Shown: piece after piece, positions 36,170-44,413 of the stretch
Layout: the number at the start of each line of letters is the position of its first letter
How positions within the stretch are numbered: position 1 is the stretch's first letter
From: Bacteroidales bacterium
GTDB taxonomy: Bacteria > Bacteroidota > Bacteroidia > Bacteroidales > VadinHA17
Assembly (NCBI GenBank): GCA_031396165.1
Contig: JANNKF010000400.1
Location: forward strand, 1-48,207
DNA: 48,207 nucleotides
Direction of reading: 5' to 3'
Made by a program: the position numbers and the translations under genes
Notes under the pieces: generated by a model
Database searches by the model: none
Seen by the model: the letters and a program-made list of their open reading frames with translations, nothing else
Told to the model about the DNA's origin: nothing

Positions 36170-37375
36170 CTAATTATCCGATGCCATGAGGAGGAACGGT
36201 TTCATTTCAAAACTGTGGTAATACGGCCTTAGTCTCTCAGTATTATAGTAATCTGATACTTTAACAATTTTCTTTGAAGAGGTAACAACATCAATGGGAA
36301 GGTTATCATATCTTCCATTTTTGAGAACCACAATCCTGCCATGAACTCCCTTCAGAATGAGGTCGAGAGCAAGATTTCCGTATGCCATCGGCACTATTGA
36401 ATCAAGAGCATCGGGATCACCGCCACGAACCATATAACCCAGTTTCTGGTTTATTACATTTATAGTCTTGCCGTTATTATATTTCCCGGAAAGCTCCTTG
36501 AGTTTAGCCGAAACCATTTCGCCTATCCCTCCGAGTTTTGCATGACCATAAGCATCTTTCTCACTGTCAGCAAAGATCATCTTGCCTCCTATAAACATTG
36601 CCCCTTCAGAAACCAATACAACCGAGTACTTACTTGGATTATTGTTTCTGTCTTCAACCAGAAGTTTGGTAAGCTGCTCAATATCAAACTCATACTCTGG
36701 TATTACACATCTGTTGGCAGCACCTGCCATTGTGGGCAGCATAGCAGTAAAACCTGCGTACCGCCCGAACACTTCAAGTACAAGAAGCCGTTCATGCGAT
36801 CCGGCAGATGTCCTCAGACTGTTTGTCATATGAATGGTTCTGGTAACACATGTACTGAATCCAATGCAATAGTCGGTTCCCGGGACATCATTGTCCATTG
36901 TCTTTGGAATTGCGACAACATTAACTCCCTGTTTGTAAAGATGAACACCATAGCTGAGTGTATCATCCCCGCCGATTGGGATTAGATAATCAACACCCAG
37001 CCACTCGAGGTTTTTAATAATCTCAGGTGTAATGTCGTTTATTTCAGCATTATAAGTACTCTGAAGATGTTCAGGAACACTTTCCTTTGCCATGTGGCTT
37101 GGTCTGGTCCTTGATGTATGTAAAAAGGTACCGCCAGTACGGCCTGCCTTGTTAACTATATCGTCTGTAAGGAGCTGATAATTATTACTGTTGTCAGCTT
37201 TATGATCCCTTATCAGTTCGGAAATACCGGCCCATCCCCTGCGCAGACCGATAACTTTATATCCTTCACGGTTCGCGCGTATTGTCACCGCACGGATAGC
37301 CGGGTTCAGCCCGGGAACATCACCACCGCCGGTAAGAATAGCAATTACCCCTTTAGTTGATTTTTGAGTTGCCAT
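36170..37375 (-). CDS. 6-phosphofructokinase, predicted PPi-dependent
   Basis: LTGGGDVPGLN, IGGDDTLS and PKTMDND. Asp and Lys sit at the two positions that distinguish PPi- from ATP-PFKs. Confidence 0.85.
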   Translation of the reverse strand: MATQKSTKGVIAILTGGGDVPGLNPAIRAVTIRANREGYKVIGLRRGWAGISELIRDHKADNSNNYQLLTDDIVNKAGRTGGTFLHTSRTRPSHMAKESVPEHLQSTYNAEINDITPEIIKNLEWLGVDYLIPIGGDDTLSYGVHLYKQGVNVVAIPKTMDNDVPGTDYCIGFSTCVTRTIHMTNSLRTSAGSHERLLVLEVFGRYAGFTAMLPTMAGAANRCVIPEYEFDIEQLTKLLVEDRNNNPSKYSVVLVSEGAMFIGGKMIFADSEKDAYGHAKLGGIGEMVSAKLKELSGKYNNGKTINVINQKLGYMVRGGDPDALDSIVPMAYGNLALDLILKGVHGRIVVLKNGRYDNLPIDVVTSSKKIVKVSDYYNTERLRPYYHSFEMKPFLLMASDN

Positions 37376-37416
37376 AATATTTTATTTGTTAGGAGTGAAT
37401 GAAACTTACTGATCAG

Positions 37417-37424
37417 CAAAATTA
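37417..37424 (-). promoter_or_regulatory. Candidate -7 box (TAATTTTG on minus) for the first PFK gene
   Basis: TAnnTTTG match 41 nt upstream of the ATG at 37375. Confidence 0.35.
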
Positions 37425-37503
37425 ATGTAATTCAATGAAAAACAATGAATACTGTTTCTTCTGAAAACATAAAAGTAAAAAAAGGCTATATCATAAGACC
37501 ATT

Positions 37504-37533
37504 TTAACCCTGCCTACCGGTAGGCAGGGTTAA
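37504..37533. repeat. Perfect 30-nt palindrome TTAACCCTGCCTACC/GGTAGGCAGGGTTAA
   Basis: Read directly. It lies 48 nt downstream of the stop of the second PFK gene. The centre is CTACC-GGTAG. Confidence 0.9.
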
Positions 37534-37581
37534 TGGATTTTGACTTTTGAGACAGCCTCTTCTTATAATAATTAAAAATGC

Positions 37582-38832
37582 TTAATCACCAGGATTCTCG
37601 TCCCATTCCAGAATCTTATAGAAATCGTAATCTTCGGGTTTCTCAACAAATTTTTTCGCCCTGTTATAATCGGCTTTTGTAATAAAATGAAGGTTATTCC
37701 TGTATATAAGCTGTACTTTTTCCGATTCAATATTTACAAGCCTTGGTTTTACTTTTCCATTTTCATCCTCCACATCTTTGAGGAATAATGGCAAAATACA
37801 GCCTGTTCGGTCAACTGTTACCATACATCCGGTAAGTCCTAACTTGAAAAGTTTGTAAACACCAAGTCCGAGTCTGGTAGCATAGTTCAGGTCATAAGCT
37901 ACAGGACGGCAGCATCTTAATTCGTAACCCATCTCTTCCGGACGTGATTTTACGTTGATTCTCAGTCCTTTAAGCGCCTGTTGTGTAAGCATGTTGAAAA
38001 TATGCGACTTGCTCACATTACCAAGTTCCGGATGACCGTGATCATCGTATGTGAAATTAATACCTGTATCGATGATCTCTTTTTCGCTCATGAAATGGAA
38101 AACACCTTCAGAGATAATTGCAACACCATAATCAATTCCCAAAAGCCTTCTTTTAACCATCGAACTGATAACCAGCCGGGTGATCTTATCGAAAGTGATC
38201 TTGGTCTTATTAAACATTTCCGGGATAATAATCATCGGATAATGACACGCAGTACCAATTCCAAAGGCAAGGTGACCGGCCTCACGGCCCATGGCAGAAA
38301 CCACAAACCAGTTACCGCTCGTACGTGCATCCTCATAAATTGTTGTTGCCAGACGAACACCTTCTTCCTTTGCAGAATGATAACCAAATGTAGGTGTACC
38401 TTCGGGCAGAGGAAGATCATTGTCGATAGTTTTCGGCACATGAATATTTTTCACTTCCAGTTTCTGGTCCTTCAGAAATTTGGAAAGACGATTTGCGGAA
38501 GAGGCTGTATCATCACCGCCGATTGTAACGAGAAGTTTCACATTATTCTTCCTGAAAAAATCGACTTTAAACTCGTCATCTTTTGGTTTGTGCCTGCTCA
38601 TCTTAAGAGCAGAACCTCCGCGACTATAAATCAGATCCGCAAACTCAAAATCAAGGTAGTCATAGGCTGGCTCCGCAGAAAAAAGTGATTTGTAGCCACC
38701 ATTAATCCCAAGTACATTATACCCGTTCTGCAAAAATATTTTTGTAACAGCACTGATCACAGTATTAATTCCGGGAGCCGGACCTCCTGCGCAAAGTATA
38801 GCAACTGCATCTTTCATAGGTTCTTTTTTCAT
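37582..38832 (-). CDS. 6-phosphofructokinase paralog, predicted PPi-dependent
   Basis: CAGGPAPGIN, IGGDDTAS and PKTIDND. Clearly a different PFK clade from the neighbouring gene. Confidence 0.85.
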   Translation of the reverse strand: MKKEPMKDAVAILCAGGPAPGINTVISAVTKIFLQNGYNVLGINGGYKSLFSAEPAYDYLDFEFADLIYSRGGSALKMSRHKPKDDEFKVDFFRKNNVKLLVTIGGDDTASSANRLSKFLKDQKLEVKNIHVPKTIDNDLPLPEGTPTFGYHSAKEEGVRLATTIYEDARTSGNWFVVSAMGREAGHLAFGIGTACHYPMIIIPEMFNKTKITFDKITRLVISSMVKRRLLGIDYGVAIISEGVFHFMSEKEIIDTGINFTYDDHGHPELGNVSKSHIFNMLTQQALKGLRINVKSRPEEMGYELRCCRPVAYDLNYATRLGLGVYKLFKLGLTGCMVTVDRTGCILPLFLKDVEDENGKVKPRLVNIESEKVQLIYRNNLHFITKADYNRAKKFVEKPEDYDFYKILEWDENPGD

Positions 38833-38965
38833 TACTGATTATACGATTGAATGATAAATTAAAATATTCTGAATTGTTTATTTAAACTTTTTTTACGGAC
38901 ACAAATATGACAATATCTTTTTGATATTCACAAATAAGAAAGTCTGAATTTCAGGATGTTTTGGC

Positions 38966-38973
38966 TAATTTTG
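38966..38973 (+). promoter_or_regulatory. Candidate -7 box TAATTTTG
   Basis: TAnnTTTG match 25 nt upstream of the ATG at 38999. Confidence 0.35.
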
Positions 38974-38998
38974 AAAAATTGACACAAAAACTGAAGGT

Positions 38999-39964
38999 AT
39001 GCCAGAAAACAATGTGCATGTAAATGTTCCGACAGGTTCCTCAGTTCTAATTACCGGGGGAAGCGGACTCATTGGCAGATACCTCACTGCTGCTCTTCTG
39101 AATGAAGGGTATAAGGTTTCTCATCTTTCAAGAAAAGCCAACCACTTTGGAAAAGTGAGGGTTTTCAGGTGGGACCCGGAGAAGGGAATTCTTGATCCTA
39201 AAGTATTTGAAGGAGTAGATTATGTTATTCATCTTGCAGGAGCAAATCTCGGGGAAAAACGATGGACACACAATCGAAAACTGGAGATAGCCGGTAGCCG
39301 GATAGATTCAACAAAGCTGCTTCACAAGGTAATTTCAGAAAATCATTCTAAGTTAAAAGCATTTATCTCTGCCTCAGCAGTTGGATATTACGGGTCAGTA
39401 ACAACTGACAGAATCCTGAATGAAGAAGACCTCCCGGGCACGGATTTTATCGGATCAGTATGCAGGCAATGGGAAGAGGCTGCTGATCTTTTTGAAAACT
39501 CAGGAATACGAACTGTTAAAATCAGGTCTGCTGTGGTGATTGAGAAGAATGACAGTGCCTTATCAAAGATGATGATGCCTGCAAAATACGGATTTCTTGT
39601 CAAGACAGGAAACGGGAAGCAGTATATGCCATGGATACATATAAATGATTTATGCAAAATTTATCTAAGGGCAATTGAAGATCCGCAAATGACCGGAGCA
39701 TACAATGCAGTTTCTCCTCAGCATGTAACTCATTATGAATTCGTCAGAACACTTTCAGAGGTTATCAGTAAACCAGTATTGCCGGTTGCTGTACCCTCTT
39801 TTATTCTGAGGATAGCGCTGGGAGAAATGTCAGATATTGTACTTAAAGGAAGCAGGGTATCTTCGGAGAAAATAATTAAATCGGGATATAAGTTTTTATA
39901 TCCTGATCTTGTCGGTGCGTTGAAGGAAGTCCTCAACATTCATCCACCGGATTCCCTTTCGTGA
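38999..39964 (+). CDS. TIGR01777/YfcH-type NAD-dependent epimerase family protein (SDR39U1-like, DUF1731 C-terminus)
   Basis: Rossmann motif ITGGSGLIGRYL, ~300 aa, and the characteristic C-terminal ...SGYKFLYPDL..AL. Confidence 0.8.
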   Translation: MPENNVHVNVPTGSSVLITGGSGLIGRYLTAALLNEGYKVSHLSRKANHFGKVRVFRWDPEKGILDPKVFEGVDYVIHLAGANLGEKRWTHNRKLEIAGSRIDSTKLLHKVISENHSKLKAFISASAVGYYGSVTTDRILNEEDLPGTDFIGSVCRQWEEAADLFENSGIRTVKIRSAVVIEKNDSALSKMMMPAKYGFLVKTGNGKQYMPWIHINDLCKIYLRAIEDPQMTGAYNAVSPQHVTHYEFVRTLSEVISKPVLPVAVPSFILRIALGEMSDIVLKGSRVSSEKIIKSGYKFLYPDLVGALKEVLNIHPPDSLS

Positions 39965-41119
39965 GGTTTCGAATCCTTTATCAAGTGACAAAACATATTT
40001 GGGAAAATGGTCATCTACTCCCTCCAGAGAACCATATTCCCTCTCAATAACTTTACTGTCTGTTAATGCTGTACAGACCTGTATATAAAGTTTCTCATTA
40101 CCTTTTTGGGCAATAAAATCGATCTCCTTTTCATATTGTTTTCCTACAAATACCTGATATCCATGAGCCAGTAAATCAAGTAATACAATGTTTTCCAGCT
40201 GACCCGACACAGCATCAGGAGAATAGCCGACAATCGCGGATCTCATCCCAACATCACTTACATAATATTTTTCAAGGATTTCAAGAATACGTTTTCCCTT
40301 CAGGTCGAATCTCTGAACCTTTTCGACCAGTAAAGCGCTTCTACAATAATGGATATAGTTCTGAACAGTATCCACTGAAACTTTCCATCTTTGGGATTTT
40401 AAAAAATCGCTTATGTTTTTTGAAGAGGTAATATTGCCACAGTTATCAGCCAGATAGCTTACAATTTTCTCAAGAAGAGCTGCATCACGGATATTATATC
40501 TGACCACCACATCTTTCAACAGAACAGTACTATAGATTGACTGTAGGTACTGTCTGATGGAATTCTCATCCCAATCGAAAAGATGAATACCGGGAAATCC
40601 GCCAAATTTCAAAAAAATATTAAAAAGATCTCCGTCAACCGGTCGTTTATTGTTTTCTGAAGCAAATTGCTTAAATTCCGGAAAAGTCAGTGTATACATC
40701 TTAAACTCTACATAACGGCCGGATAAAAGTGTAGCTAATTCGGAAGACCATAGACTTGCATTGGATCCGGTTACATATATATCATAGTTTTTGAGCGTTA
40801 GCAAAGAATTGATTGCTCTTTCCCATTCATTAATCTCCTGAATTTCATCTATAAACAAGTAGTATTTGACTTTAGGGCTTTTAGATCTGGAGGATACAAA
40901 ATTATTGAGGTCTTTATAATCACGGATTTCATCAAATTCAAATAACTCTTTATTTATATAGATTACCTGTTCAGACTTGATTCCCCCACTCTGAAGTTCA
41001 ACAATTAACTGGTGCATCAGAGTACTCTTACCACATCGTCTGATTCCGGTCAGGACTTTAATGACCGGTTTTCCGATAAATGGCCGGATCTTATCCAGAT
41101 ACAATGTTCGTATTATCAT
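39896..41119 (-). CDS. AAA_14/DUF4143-type ATPase
   Basis: Walker A TGIRRCGKST, Walker B YLFIDEIQ, and a C-terminal DUF4143-like region. Confidence 0.8.
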   Translation of the reverse strand: MIIRTLYLDKIRPFIGKPVIKVLTGIRRCGKSTLMHQLIVELQSGGIKSEQVIYINKELFEFDEIRDYKDLNNFVSSRSKSPKVKYYLFIDEIQEINEWERAINSLLTLKNYDIYVTGSNASLWSSELATLLSGRYVEFKMYTLTFPEFKQFASENNKRPVDGDLFNIFLKFGGFPGIHLFDWDENSIRQYLQSIYSTVLLKDVVVRYNIRDAALLEKIVSYLADNCGNITSSKNISDFLKSQRWKVSVDTVQNYIHYCRSALLVEKVQRFDLKGKRILEILEKYYVSDVGMRSAIVGYSPDAVSGQLENIVLLDLLAHGYQVFVGKQYEKEIDFIAQKGNEKLYIQVCTALTDSKVIEREYGSLEGVDDHFPKYVLSLDKGFETSRKGIRWMNVEDFLQRTDKIRI

Positions 41120-41129
41120 TTTATTAGAC

Positions 41130-41173
41130 TATAGTCGAATGTTATGCAAATATATATCTTTCATTCGACTATA
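41130..41173 (-). promoter_or_regulatory. 12-bp perfect inverted repeat flanking a -7 box: candidate operator/promoter of the AAA ATPase gene
   Basis: TATAGTCGAATG (41130-41141) and CATTCGACTATA (41162-41173). The 20-nt spacer contains minus-strand TATATTTG (41147-41154), 27 nt from the ATG. Confidence 0.5.
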
Positions 41174-41330
41174 ACCCACTAGTTTGTGAAATAATATTCA
41201 TCCTGGTTCCAACAAACTCTACTCAATCAAACAAGGTAAACCACTCGATTAGCTTTAAAATGGTAAGTAAATGGCTGATATAAAATGATTTATCAACCCG
41301 AACTAAATCTGACTTATATTTTAACTACGG

Positions 41331-42665
41331 CTATTTCCCCCCGATCTGCATCTCAGCAACCCTGAAAGTCGGAGCTGCGAAACTTCTGTTCATATCTATG
41401 TCGTTCCCCATCATATCGATTCCGCTCAGAATGTCAAATGCTCTGCCGGCTATTGTTACACCTTTAACCGGTGATACTATTTCGCCATTCTCAACCCAGA
41501 AACCACTTGCTCCGCCACTGAAATTACCACTTACAGCATCGATGCCATAGCCGGTTACCTCTTTTAGAAAAAGTCCTTTCTTAGTCCCTGAAATGATTTC
41601 CTTTTGCGTATTCTTCCCGGTTTCCAGGTAAACGTTATGTGTTCCTATGCCGGGAAGGCTGCTGAAACCTCCCCGTGATGCGTTACCAGTGCTTGTAACA
41701 CCGGCTCTCTTTGCGGCCTTTGTATTATAAATGAAGCTTTTAAGTGTACCGTTCTGAACCAGAATATTCTTCATGGTCGGAACACCTTCACCGTCGAAAG
41801 GGGCACTTCCGGTACTTCTGTTTCTTGTCCCGTCATCGATGATTGTAAGGAGTGAAGATGCGAACTGTTTATTCAACTGATCTTTAAGGAAACTTGCTCC
41901 CTGAAGAACCCTTTCGCCGTTTATTGCTGTCAGAATGCCGCCTATAAGCGATCGGGCCACATCCGGATCAAAAATTACAGAGGCTCGCTGCGTCTTAATC
42001 ATAACAGGATCGAGCATTTCCCATGCTTTCTGAGAGGCGGTTTCTGCTATCTCCTCAAGAGAGATAAGATCGCCAAAAAACACCCTGGAACAGTACTCCC
42101 CTCCAGTATTTTTCTGATCACCTTTTTCAGCCACCACACTTACACCGATAGAACATCCGGAGGATTTATAACTCTTTAATATGCCATTCGAATTTGCTAT
42201 AAATATCTCTGATTCACCTTCCCCGTAACCCGCACCTGAACTTTTTGTTATTCTCGGATCTTTCATGGCGAGTTTTTCCAGTTCAAGCGCCATGTTTATC
42301 TTGGTATCCATCGATGCTGAGGCAATACCCTCATCGAATAAGCCGGTTACCGATGTCATACTTTTCTCAGATGGAAGAACATTATTTTCATCCGGAGAAG
42401 ATAACCTGGCAAAAGCTATGGCTTTCGAAATAGTGCTCTCCAGAGAACTGTTGCTGAAATCGTTACAATGACTGAAGCCCATCTTTCCATCGACAAAAAC
42501 CCTGAAACCGATACCCTGTGATGAGGATTCCTCAATTGTTTCAATTTCTGATTTAAGAACATTTATCGAGAGGTTTCTCGATGTCTCAATAAAAACCTCT
42601 GCCGAGCCGGCACCGAGGCTGATACTTTTCTTAACCAGTTTTTCTGCTAAATCTATATAGTTCAT
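41331..42665 (-). CDS. pmbA: PmbA/TldE metalloprotease subunit (no signal peptide)
   Basis: 444 aa of the TldD/PmbA family by overall pattern, lacking HExxxH, directly downstream of tldD. Confidence 0.85.
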   Translation of the reverse strand: MNYIDLAEKLVKKSISLGAGSAEVFIETSRNLSINVLKSEIETIEESSSQGIGFRVFVDGKMGFSHCNDFSNSSLESTISKAIAFARLSSPDENNVLPSEKSMTSVTGLFDEGIASASMDTKINMALELEKLAMKDPRITKSSGAGYGEGESEIFIANSNGILKSYKSSGCSIGVSVVAEKGDQKNTGGEYCSRVFFGDLISLEEIAETASQKAWEMLDPVMIKTQRASVIFDPDVARSLIGGILTAINGERVLQGASFLKDQLNKQFASSLLTIIDDGTRNRSTGSAPFDGEGVPTMKNILVQNGTLKSFIYNTKAAKRAGVTSTGNASRGGFSSLPGIGTHNVYLETGKNTQKEIISGTKKGLFLKEVTGYGIDAVSGNFSGGASGFWVENGEIVSPVKGVTIAGRAFDILSGIDMMGNDIDMNRSFAAPTFRVAEMQIGGK

Positions 42666-42688
42666 GATTTTATCTGTTGAGTGTTTTA

Positions 42689-44221
42689 CTATGCTTTGCT
42701 TCCTCCCACATTTATACCTCTTATCCTTACAGTAGGCTGGCCGGCAGATACTTCAGCAGCCTGACCTTTTCCGCAGATACCTGGACCAAAATCGAGATCG
42801 TTGCCCACGGCATCGATATTGGAAATTACGTCCATACACGAGCCAATAAGTGTTGCCCCTTTTATAGGGTTGGTTTTCTTTCCATTCTCAATCATGTATG
42901 CTTCACGGCAGGTGAAGTTGAAGACTCCTGTTACAGGATTAACACTGCCTCCGCTTAGACTTTGTACATATATTCCCTTTTTGGTTGAAGCAAGAATATC
43001 TTCAGGCTTATCTTTACCTGCATCGATAAAGGTATTTGTCATTCTCGGAATTGGTATATATTTGAATGATTCCCGTCTTCCGTTACCTGTACGGGCCATT
43101 GACAGCTGTTTCGCGCTAAGAACGTCAGTCATAAATCCTTTCAGGATCCCGTTTTCGATAAGCACATTGCGTTGAGCCACCGTGCCCTCATCGTCATAAT
43201 TTATTGTACCTCTGAAGTTTGGAAGGGTTCCGTCATCAACCATGGTGAAACAATCGCTGGCAACTTTCTGTCCGACTTTACCGGTAAAAGCACCTATTCC
43301 TTTTGCAATATTATCAGCTTCAAGCGGATGACCAACTGCTTCATGGACTAATACACCTCCCCAGCCATTCTGCATAACAACATCCATGATTCCTGCAGGT
43401 GCATCCTCGGCTGCAAGCATTGCAATTGCCTCACGTGATGCATTTCTGGCGATCTTTTCGGCAGCCTCATTATCGAACATCTCAAATCCGGAGTGGTTAC
43501 TTAATCTTTCGCGTGCCATATGCCTTGCTTTTCCGTCATCGCTCATTGACTGAACTATGAAAAAGAGCAAAGGCAGTTCGTCTCTCAGATAGAGTCCCTC
43601 GCTAGTAACAATAACCCTTCCTCTTATTTCATCATAATAGTCTACCATTGCCATCTTTATTCTCGGATCATAATCTTTGGCAGCCTGGTCGGCCCTTTTA
43701 ATGATCTCTATTCTCTTTTCATCGGCAATATCAACCAGAGGCTGCTTCACTGTAACAAATGAAGGGAACTTAGTCTCGGCAATATTTACCGGCTTGATAA
43801 TGTTACCGTTACGGGCAACATATGAAGCAACTTCTGCAGCTCTTAAGAGTTTCTCCTCGGTAATTTCATCAGTATATGCATAACCGGTTTTGTTGCCTGA
43901 AATAACCCTTACACCTGCGCCCTGGCTAATTCCATAAAGACCGCTTTTGAATTTTGATTCTTCCATAACGATCTGCCTCGAAACACGGTTCTCGAGATAG
44001 ACATCTGCAAAATCGCCGCCTTTTTCCAGGGCTTTTGCGATGATCCTTGAGAGCATCTCTTTATCCATATCGAGGCCTGATGAAGCCTTTACACCATTCT
44101 GGCATGAGATTAACTGAGACATCAGTGCCGGGGTTGCAGCAATCAGCAATCCACCCTTCAGACTCAGTTCAAGGAATTTCCTTCGTGGCATGTCCCTTAC
44201 TGTCTGTTTTTCCATTTTCAT
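42689..44221 (-). CDS. tldD: TldD metalloprotease with Tat signal and lipobox
   Basis: HEAVGH (HExxxH). The N-terminus MKMEKQTVRDMPRRKFLELSLKGGLLIAATPALMSQLISC has a twin-arginine motif and an LISC lipobox. Confidence 0.88.
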   Translation of the reverse strand: MKMEKQTVRDMPRRKFLELSLKGGLLIAATPALMSQLISCQNGVKASSGLDMDKEMLSRIIAKALEKGGDFADVYLENRVSRQIVMEESKFKSGLYGISQGAGVRVISGNKTGYAYTDEITEEKLLRAAEVASYVARNGNIIKPVNIAETKFPSFVTVKQPLVDIADEKRIEIIKRADQAAKDYDPRIKMAMVDYYDEIRGRVIVTSEGLYLRDELPLLFFIVQSMSDDGKARHMARERLSNHSGFEMFDNEAAEKIARNASREAIAMLAAEDAPAGIMDVVMQNGWGGVLVHEAVGHPLEADNIAKGIGAFTGKVGQKVASDCFTMVDDGTLPNFRGTINYDDEGTVAQRNVLIENGILKGFMTDVLSAKQLSMARTGNGRRESFKYIPIPRMTNTFIDAGKDKPEDILASTKKGIYVQSLSGGSVNPVTGVFNFTCREAYMIENGKKTNPIKGATLIGSCMDVISNIDAVGNDLDFGPGICGKGQAAEVSAGQPTVRIRGINVGGSKA

Positions 44222-44307
44222 AGTTTACAGTTATTTGAATTCTAAATATATTAATATTCTTCGATTCTGCTTATCTCACCAATCTTGCCAGATTCTCCTT
44301 GCTTTTC

Positions 44308-44407
44308 ACCTCATCCCCCTCCCCCCTTCTCCTTAAAGAGAAGGGGGTAATAAGAACATTATCAATACATTAGCCCCTCTCCTGCAGGAGAGGGGTTGGG
44401 GTGAGGT
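44308..44407. repeat. 100-nt C/G-run structured element (outer stem plus two internal hairpins)
   Basis: Outer stem ACCTCA-T-CCCC (44308-44318)/GGGGTGAGGT (44398-44407). Hairpin CCCCCTTCTC/GAGAAGGGGG at 44322-44347. A 22-nt palindrome CCCCTCTCCTGCAGGAGAGGGG at 44374-44395. Confidence 0.8.
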
Positions 44408-44413
44408 ATTGAA

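Noticed and set aside
37981-38688. 235-aa plus-strand ORF, the longest antisense ORF in the window
   Set aside because: It lies entirely antisense to a PFK gene with unmistakable motifs. Its composition is Cys/Arg/His/Asn-rich and low in complexity, and it has no recognisable domain. It is a shadow ORF.
39896-41330. The AAA ATPase locus as a mobile element
   Set aside because: I found no integrase, transposase or terminal direct repeats at the boundaries. Only the overlap and the AT-rich flank hint at insertion, so it is reported as a finding and not as a mobile_element feature.
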